Below, in pieces: positions 8,772 through 14,625 of a stretch of DNA of 38,056 nt. The notes beneath the pieces are model-generated. The model saw nothing but the letters and a program-made list of their open reading frames with translations, searched no databases and was not told the DNA's origin. Positions within the stretch are counted from its first letter, which is position 1. Every line of letters starts with the position of its first letter. The translations under genes were made by a program, and so were the position numbers. The DNA is from an uncultured Clostridia bacterium (GTDB lineage: Bacteria > Bacillota > Clostridia > Oscillospirales > Acutalibacteraceae). The stretch is taken from NCBI GenBank assembly GCA_945971755.1, contig CAMFPJ010000001.1, positions 1 through 38,056 on the forward strand, in the 5' to 3' direction.

Positions 8772-8966
8772 TTATTGTTTAGAAATTATTATAAGAATTT
8801 GTGCGATTATGAAAAGCAAAAATACAACACCAAAGCGAATTGCATGTGGTTTAATTTCAAGGTCATCGCCCTCTGCTTTTTTTGCTTTATTGTATTTTAC
8901 AACTGCAATGATTGCAAGAATAACTCCGGCAACAAATAATACTGCCGCAAGCAAGAGTTCTTTCAT
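8772..8966 (-). CDS. Small two-TM membrane protein (64 aa), uncharacterised
   Basis: ATG at 8964-8966 lies 1 nt after the uxuB stop (8968-8970). The product is MKELLLAAVLFVAGVILAIIAVV-KYNKAKKAEGDDLEIKPHAIR-FGVVFLLFIIAQILIIIS, two hydrophobic helices with a charged loop. The ORF-track version (to 9044) is an extension that overlaps uxuB. Confidence 0.55.
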   Translation of the reverse strand: MKELLLAAVLFVAGVILAIIAVVKYNKAKKAEGDDLEIKPHAIRFGVVFLLFIIAQILIIISKQ

Positions 8967-8967
8967 A

Positions 8968-9816
8968 TTATACCCCCGAATAAGCGGAGAAGCCGCCGTC
9001 AACACAAATGCTTGTGCCGGTAATAAAGCCTGAATAGCTTTCATCGCAAAGGAATAAGAGTGCGCCTGAAAGTTCTTCGGGCTCGCCGAAGCGTTTCATT
9101 GGAGTTGCGGCAAGAATTTTGCCTGTTCTGGGAGTCGGAGTGCCGTCCTCATTCCAAAGGAGTGTTTTATTTTGGTTAGTTGAGAAAAATCCGGGTGCGA
9201 TAGCGTTTACACGAATTCCAACCTCTGCAAAATGAACTGCCATGAACTCCGTAAAGTTTTTAACTGCCGCTTTTGCCGCTGAATAAGCAGGAATTTTTGT
9301 TAGGGGACGGTAAGCGTTCATTGAAGTAACCATAACAATGCAAGCGTTCTCTTTATTCGCCATGTCGCGTGCAAAAACCTGAGTGGGAATAAGAGTTCCG
9401 AGGAAATTTAAGTTAAACACGAACGAAATACCTTGCGGGTCAAGGTCAAAGAAGGTTTTTATGTTCTCATCTTTCTCCATAAGGTCAATTTTCTCAAGTG
9501 TTTCCTTTGTTGTTGTGCCTTTTGGGTTATTGCCGCCTGCTCCGTTAAGGAGAATATCACAAGTGCCGAGTTCTTTATTGATAATCTCTCTTGCTCTCAG
9601 CATACTCTCTGTTTCAAGAACATTACAACCCACTGCAATTGCAGTGCCGCCTTCGGCGTTAATTTCTTCTGCTACTTTTTTTGCAGCCTCTTCGTTAAGG
9701 TCAAGAACTGCAACCTTAACGCCTTGCTGTGCCAAAGTTTTTGCAAATCCTGCACAAAGAACTCCGCCGCCGCCTGTTACAACGGCTACTCTGCCTTTAA
9801 GATTTTCGTGTACCAT
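8968..9816 (-). CDS. uxuB: SDR-family oxidoreductase, D-mannonate oxidoreductase (fructuronate reductase)-like
   Basis: 282 aa. Has the TGGGGVLC Rossmann motif, NGAGGN, and a YSAAK catalytic Tyr-x3-Lys. It starts 2 nt downstream of the uxuA stop, as in Firmicute and Thermotoga uxu clusters. Confidence 0.65.
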   Translation of the reverse strand: MVHENLKGRVAVVTGGGGVLCAGFAKTLAQQGVKVAVLDLNEEAAKKVAEEINAEGGTAIAVGCNVLETESMLRAREIINKELGTCDILLNGAGGNNPKGTTTKETLEKIDLMEKDENIKTFFDLDPQGISFVFNLNFLGTLIPTQVFARDMANKENACIVMVTSMNAYRPLTKIPAYSAAKAAVKNFTEFMAVHFAEVGIRVNAIAPGFFSTNQNKTLLWNEDGTPTPRTGKILAATPMKRFGEPEELSGALLFLCDESYSGFITGTSICVDGGFSAYSGV

Positions 9817-9818
9817 TA

Positions 9819-10889
9819 TTATTTTCTCTCCTTATTCTTTTTAACTGCTTCCCAAAGTCCGTTAATATAAGCAACGCCTAAAGCTCTGTCATAAAGTCCG
9901 TATCCCGGGCGTGCAACCTCACCCCAAATCATTCTGCCGTGGTCGGGGCGAATGTAGCCGTCAAAACCGACATCCTGGAGTGCTTTCACAATTTCATACA
10001 TATCAAGCGAGCCTGTATTTGATTCGTGTGCTGTTTCGTTGAAGTGGTTATCAATAACCTTAACATTACGAAGATGTGCAAAGTAAATTCTGTCACCGAA
10101 TTCACGAATCATAGCGGGCAAATCATTTTTACTGCTTGCGCCCAGTGAGCCTGTGCAGAATGTAAGTCCGTTATATTTTGAGGGAACCATTTCAAGAAGC
10201 TTTTTAAGTCCGTCTCTGTCTTTAATAATTCTCGGAAGTCCGAAGATGTCCCATGGCGGGTCATCCGGGTGGATAGCCATTTTAACGTCGCACTCTTCAC
10301 AAACGGGCATAATCTCCTCAAGGAAGTATTTAAGGTTGTTCCAAAGGTCCTCTGCCGTTACGTTTTTATATTTTTCAAAGAGTTCCTTAATTTCAGGCAT
10401 TCTCTCTGTTTCCCAACCGGGCATTGCGTAGCCGTTTGAGTTGTCGTCAATCTCTTTGAACATATCCTCAGGGCTTTTACCCTCAATTTGCACACCGTCA
10501 TAAGAAAGGCAGGTTGCGCCGTCACCCATGCTCATCGAGAGGTCTGTTCTTGTCCAATCAAAAACGGGCATAAAGTTGTAGCAAATTACTTTTACCCCTG
10601 CTTTTGCAAGATTACGGATACTTGTTTTGTAATTTTCAATGTATTTATCTCTGCTTGGAAGACCGATTTTAATATCCTCGTGAACATTTACGCTCTCAAT
10701 ACATTCCATTGTAAGACCGGCGTCTTCAATTTCTTTTTTCATTTTCATAACGTCTTCAAGTTCCCAAGCCTCACCTGCCGGTAAGTAGTGAAGTGCGGGA
10801 ACAACTCCGACTACATTTGGAATTTGCTTAATTTGTTCTAAGGTTACGGTGTCTTTTTCTGAACCAAACCAACGAAAAGTCATTTGCAT
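9819..10889 (-). CDS. uxuA: Mannonate dehydratase
   Basis: 356 aa. The N-terminus MQMTFRWFGSEKD is characteristic of UxuA. AAGGAGG lies 7 nt upstream of ATG 10887-10889. Confidence 0.9.
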   Translation of the reverse strand: MQMTFRWFGSEKDTVTLEQIKQIPNVVGVVPALHYLPAGEAWELEDVMKMKKEIEDAGLTMECIESVNVHEDIKIGLPSRDKYIENYKTSIRNLAKAGVKVICYNFMPVFDWTRTDLSMSMGDGATCLSYDGVQIEGKSPEDMFKEIDDNSNGYAMPGWETERMPEIKELFEKYKNVTAEDLWNNLKYFLEEIMPVCEECDVKMAIHPDDPPWDIFGLPRIIKDRDGLKKLLEMVPSKYNGLTFCTGSLGASSKNDLPAMIREFGDRIYFAHLRNVKVIDNHFNETAHESNTGSLDMYEIVKALQDVGFDGYIRPDHGRMIWGEVARPGYGLYDRALGVAYINGLWEAVKKNKERK

Positions 10890-10901
10890 AGTTTATCCTC
10901 C

Positions 10902-11627
10902 TTAAAAAGTACCTTCAGGGAAATTATCATCATTTTCCCAATAGGCAACATCATATTCGTCCTTTTCAGGGTCATAAATATCCCATAGCTCGTGCTCGAA
11001 AATTTCAGGCGGTGCAGGACATTCTGCTATTGCCTCAACCTTCATTCCGCGCATCCAGATTGACGGGTCAATACGAACGGTGTAACCGCAGCAATTGGGT
11101 GTTAACCACTCGTGCATGGGTGCTTCGGGAAGTGCATAGGCTTGCATTATTGACATTATAACACCGCCGTGGGTTATAATTGCAACATTTTTAGCTCCTG
11201 ACTGCAAAATTCCGTCAACTATTTTCTCAAAGCAGTTACATACTCTGAAATTAAACCTAACCTGACTGTCACCGAACGGGGCCGCTTTATTGGGGTTTGT
11301 GCCCGAAAGCCACTCGGGAAAATCAGGGTCATCCTTAAGTTCCTCGGCGGTTTTACCCTCAAACTCACCGAAATCGTATTCGATTAAATCATCCATAATA
11401 ATCGGCTCTTTGTCGGGGTAAATTTTCTTTGCGGTTTCAATACACCTTTTAAGCGGACTTGAAAAAACCGCGTCAACCTCAGGATACGGTCCGAAATCTT
11501 TAATGGTGGCTTCAAGCTGTTTCATACCTTCTTCGCAAATAGGCTCGTCCGTGTGGCCGATGTATCTGCCCTCTAAGTTACCTTTAGTCAGAGCATGTCT
11601 GATAAAATGAATTTGGTACGTCTGCAT
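10902..11627 (-). CDS. Histidine phosphatase (phosphoglycerate-mutase-like) family protein
   Basis: 241 aa. Has the N-terminal IHFIRHALTKGN motif (an RHG-type motif with Ala in place of Gly), SSPLKRC, and ITHGGV (second catalytic His). The stop is 12 nt upstream of the uxuA start. Confidence 0.8.
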   Translation of the reverse strand: MQTYQIHFIRHALTKGNLEGRYIGHTDEPICEEGMKQLEATIKDFGPYPEVDAVFSSPLKRCIETAKKIYPDKEPIIMDDLIEYDFGEFEGKTAEELKDDPDFPEWLSGTNPNKAAPFGDSQVRFNFRVCNCFEKIVDGILQSGAKNVAIITHGGVIMSIMQAYALPEAPMHEWLTPNCCGYTVRIDPSIWMRGMKVEAIAECPAPPEIFEHELWDIYDPEKDEYDVAYWENDDNFPEGTF

Positions 11628-11660
11628 AAATTTTCTCCCGTTTTTTATTGATAAAATCTA

Positions 11661-11689
11661 TATACAATTTGTAAAATTTATTTTATAAT
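11661..11689 (+). promoter_or_regulatory. Candidate SigA promoter for the XRE regulator gene
   Basis: TATACA (11661-11666), a 17-nt spacer, then consensus TATAAT (11684-11689), about 33 nt upstream of ATG 11722. It lies in a 94-nt divergent intergenic region. Confidence 0.35.
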
Positions 11690-11721
11690 CATACTACTTT
11701 AAGTATAAAGGTTGTGAGTAA

Positions 11722-12336
11722 ATGAGCACAAAGGTTTCACAAAGACTCGTAAGTTTGCGTAAAGAAAAAGATTTAAGCCAAAAGAAAGCCGCTGAAGCAC
11801 TCGGTATTTCACAGGCACTTCTTTCACACTATGAAAAGGGTATTCGTGAGTGCGGGCTTGATTTTCTTTGCAAGGCGTCGGTTTTTTATGACGTTAGCTC
11901 AGACTATTTGCTTGGCCTTTCCGAAACACGAATTTCACCCGATTCAGGTTTTGACCTTACGGACATTCCCCAGGACTCCGAACTTAAAATGAACACTATT
12001 TTGCGCGCCGCCGCCACTATTTTTGAGCGGATGGGTGCTGTCGGCAACGCCTACGGTGACAGATGCCGTGCAATTTACGTTTTAACTGTTTACAAGTTAT
12101 ATCTTCGTGCGGTTTCCCTTGGAATTATGCCCCAGAACGAGAGCGCCTCAATAGCAATGGGTTCGTTTTTATCCTCAGGCACCATTGACTCTATTCTTGA
12201 AACAATGGCACCGAAGGAACCGCAAAAGTCAAGAAAAAATGAACGCTTGCCCGTTTGTGTTGACACGGTTTCAAAGGAAGCCGTTGCCGTGATTGAACGT
12301 CAATACGCAAAAGCCTTCAAAAAGTCAGAGAAGTGA
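11722..12336 (+). CDS. XRE-family helix-turn-helix transcriptional regulator with an uncharacterised C-terminal domain
   Basis: The N-terminal sequence LRKEKDLSQKKAAEALGISQALLSHYEKG...DYLLGLSE is a canonical HTH_3 domain. 204 aa. Divergent from the phosphatase-uxu operon. Confidence 0.85.
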   Translation: MSTKVSQRLVSLRKEKDLSQKKAAEALGISQALLSHYEKGIRECGLDFLCKASVFYDVSSDYLLGLSETRISPDSGFDLTDIPQDSELKMNTILRAAATIFERMGAVGNAYGDRCRAIYVLTVYKLYLRAVSLGIMPQNESASIAMGSFLSSGTIDSILETMAPKEPQKSRKNERLPVCVDTVSKEAVAVIERQYAKAFKKSEK

Positions 12337-13146
12337 TTTGTAAATATCGCTTTTCTTAAAGCCCGTTTCCGCAGCAACGGTTTTTGCCGCCTCGTTAACG
12401 CTCATTCCTTTATCCGCAAGTTCTTTTGCACTTAAAACAGCCTCTTCAAAAGTCAGAGGTTGTTTTTTTGTTTCTTTGTCGCCCGCAATAATTAAAACAT
12501 ATTCACCCTTTGGGTTTTCGGTTTCAAAATATTCATTAGCAGCTTTAAGAGTGGTTCTCATAACGGTTTCGTGAATTTTCGTCAGTTCTTTAACTATTGC
12601 TATTTCACGGTCTCCGAAAAAGCTATATAAATCTTTAAGCGTGTTGCGAAGCTTGTGCGGAGCTTCGTAAAAAATCATTGTTCGCTTTTCACCCTTAAGC
12701 TCATCTAAATGCACTTTTCGGCTTTGCTTGTTTACACTTAAAAAGCCCTCAAAAGTAAATCTGCCCGTTTCCATTCCGCTGATAGCAAGCGCCGTTGCAA
12801 AGGCAGTAGGTCCGGGGACTGACTCAACCTCAATTCCGATTTCGTGGCAGTCACGAATAAGGTCTTCGCCCGGGTCCGAAATACATGGCATTCCTGCGTC
12901 GGTAACTATTGCACAGGTTTCCCCCGCCAAAATGCGGTCTGTAATCACCGTGCCCTTTTCCCGCTTGTTGTGTTCGTAGTAACTTATAAGCGGTTTTTTT
13001 ATGTCAAAATGATTAAGAAGTTTTGCTGTAACACGAGTGTCCTCCGCGGCAATAAAATCAACACTTTCAAGTGTTTTTTTTCCTCTTTCGGAAATGTCCG
13101 ACAAATTGCCTATTGGAGTGCCCACAACATAAAGCTTTCCTGCCAT
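12325..13146 (-). CDS. rsmI: 16S rRNA (cytidine1402-2'-O)-methyltransferase
   Basis: The N-terminus is GKLYVVGTPIGNLSDIS, with AEDTR and a tetrapyrrole-methylase fold signature. ATG at 13144-13146; the ORF-track start at 13155 is TTG. Confidence 0.88.
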   Translation of the reverse strand: MAGKLYVVGTPIGNLSDISERGKKTLESVDFIAAEDTRVTAKLLNHFDIKKPLISYYEHNKREKGTVITDRILAGETCAIVTDAGMPCISDPGEDLIRDCHEIGIEVESVPGPTAFATALAISGMETGRFTFEGFLSVNKQSRKVHLDELKGEKRTMIFYEAPHKLRNTLKDLYSFFGDREIAIVKELTKIHETVMRTTLKAANEYFETENPKGEYVLIIAGDKETKKQPLTFEEAVLSAKELADKGMSVNEAAKTVAAETGFKKSDIYKSLL

Positions 13147-13151
13147 AAAGT

Positions 13152-13907
13152 TCAAGCCTTTCGATATTTTTCGGTTATCTGTAAAATCTCTTCTGTGGGA
13201 GTTTTGTCTGCGTTTTGCATAATCAACGGTTTTTCCACTTTAAGACCCGGTACACTGCCCTTTCGACCGTTTATCAGCACAAGCCACGGAGCAGTCTCGC
13301 CCGTTTTTTGAACAAACCGGATTATTTTGGGCTCAATGCCGTTTTTTCTCATTGACTCCATTGCGTCAAGAGTCCTTTCGGGGCGGTGACAAATGCAAAG
13401 CTTACCGCCGAACCTTAAAACTCTTGCGGCGCACTTTGTTATATCATCAATATTACAAGCAATTTCATGACGTGCAATTCTTGCACACTCGTCCTCATTT
13501 TTAATGCCTGCGCCACCGATTTTATACGGTGGATTCATTGTTACAACGTCAAAATACTCACGGTAGGGCAAAAGAGAACCGTCTTTTAAGTCACCTTGAA
13601 AAAGTTCAAGTGTTTCGTCTTTATTAAGCAATTTTGAACGGCAAAATTGGTCACAGGCGTTTTTCTGAATTTCAACGGCACATCTTTTAGATTGGGCTTT
13701 TTTGTCCCTTAACCACAAAAAAGGAATAATTCCGCAGCCTGTTCCAAGGTCAAGCGCTTTATCTTTCTGTTTAACGTTTGCAAAATCATTAAGAAGCAAG
13801 GCGTCCGTACCGAACGTATGAGACTTAGAGACGATTAAATATGTGTTTTCGCCCAAATCTTCAATATGCTCTTCGTCTAAAAGGTTAATATCAGTCAACA
13901 TAGACAT
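13152..13907 (-). CDS. Class I SAM-dependent methyltransferase, TrmN6/YfiC (YabB)-like
   Basis: 251 aa. Has the DLGTGCGI SAM-binding motif and an NPPY motif (MNPPY). It lies immediately upstream of rsmI, as yabB-yabC does in Bacillus. Confidence 0.75.
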   Translation of the reverse strand: MSMLTDINLLDEEHIEDLGENTYLIVSKSHTFGTDALLLNDFANVKQKDKALDLGTGCGIIPFLWLRDKKAQSKRCAVEIQKNACDQFCRSKLLNKDETLELFQGDLKDGSLLPYREYFDVVTMNPPYKIGGAGIKNEDECARIARHEIACNIDDITKCAARVLRFGGKLCICHRPERTLDAMESMRKNGIEPKIIRFVQKTGETAPWLVLINGRKGSVPGLKVEKPLIMQNADKTPTEEILQITEKYRKA

Positions 13908-14625
13908 CCTCTATGCCCTCAAGTTCTTTAAGAGCGGAAATAATTTCTTTGAGCACCTTAACGTTTTTCGGAAATGCCAAAATTTTAATGACAGAATTAT
14001 TTTTATTGTGCTTATATTTTTTATCTGCGCTCGTTGTATATACTATTTCCGCTGAATGAATCGGAGCATCATACTTATCTTTAATGAGTGAAGTAACAGC
14101 GGGAAGCACCTCTTCAATGCTCTCAACCTCAACATAAATGGTTTTGCCGACAGAACCGTTGATTACGAAATGTTTAAGAGAATTGAGCGTAAAATAGATT
14201 ACAACCGTTGCAACAAGGGCACCTGTTTCATATCCTCCGCCCACAGCAGTACCGATACAGGCAACTGCCCAAAGTGAAGCCGCTGTTGTAAGACCTTTGA
14301 CCGAAAAGCCCTCACGCAAAATTGTTCCTGCACCGAGGAAACCGATACCTGTAATAACGGCGGCACTCATTCGTGAAATATCAAGAGTTACGTTTTCAGT
14401 CGCATTCATATGTACTGCGGTAAGCATTACAAGTGCAGAGCCGACAGCTACCAAAATATGTGTTCTGAAGCCTGCGGGTCGGTGAGAATGCTCACGCTCA
14501 TAACCGATTACACCGCTTAGAATTGCGGCAAGCATAATCTTAAAAAATGCGTCAAGAATTTCATGAATAGGGTCAATGGACCAAAGCCACAAAGCCGCAT
14601 CTTTTATCCAATTGAAAAATTCCAT
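13891..14625 (-). CDS. mgtC: MgtC/SapB family membrane protein
   Basis: 244 aa. The GYEREHSHRPAGFRTHILV signature, 4-5 TM helices and a soluble ACT-like C-terminal domain are present. ATG 14623-14625 directly abuts the stop (14626-14628) of the upstream 952-aa gene. Confidence 0.85.
   Translation of the reverse strand: MEFFNWIKDAALWLWSIDPIHEILDAFFKIMLAAILSGVIGYEREHSHRPAGFRTHILVAVGSALVMLTAVHMNATENVTLDISRMSAAVITGIGFLGAGTILREGFSVKGLTTAASLWAVACIGTAVGGGYETGALVATVVIYFTLNSLKHFVINGSVGKTIYVEVESIEEVLPAVTSLIKDKYDAPIHSAEIVYTTSADKKYKHNKNNSVIKILAFPKNVKVLKEIISALKELEGIEDVYVD

Noticed and set aside
9383-9870. Two overlapping plus-strand ORFs (153 and 145 aa) across uxuB
   Set aside because: Both are antisense to a clearly recognisable SDR gene. 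Their translations are low complexity (S/F/L-rich or C/F-rich) without start signals.
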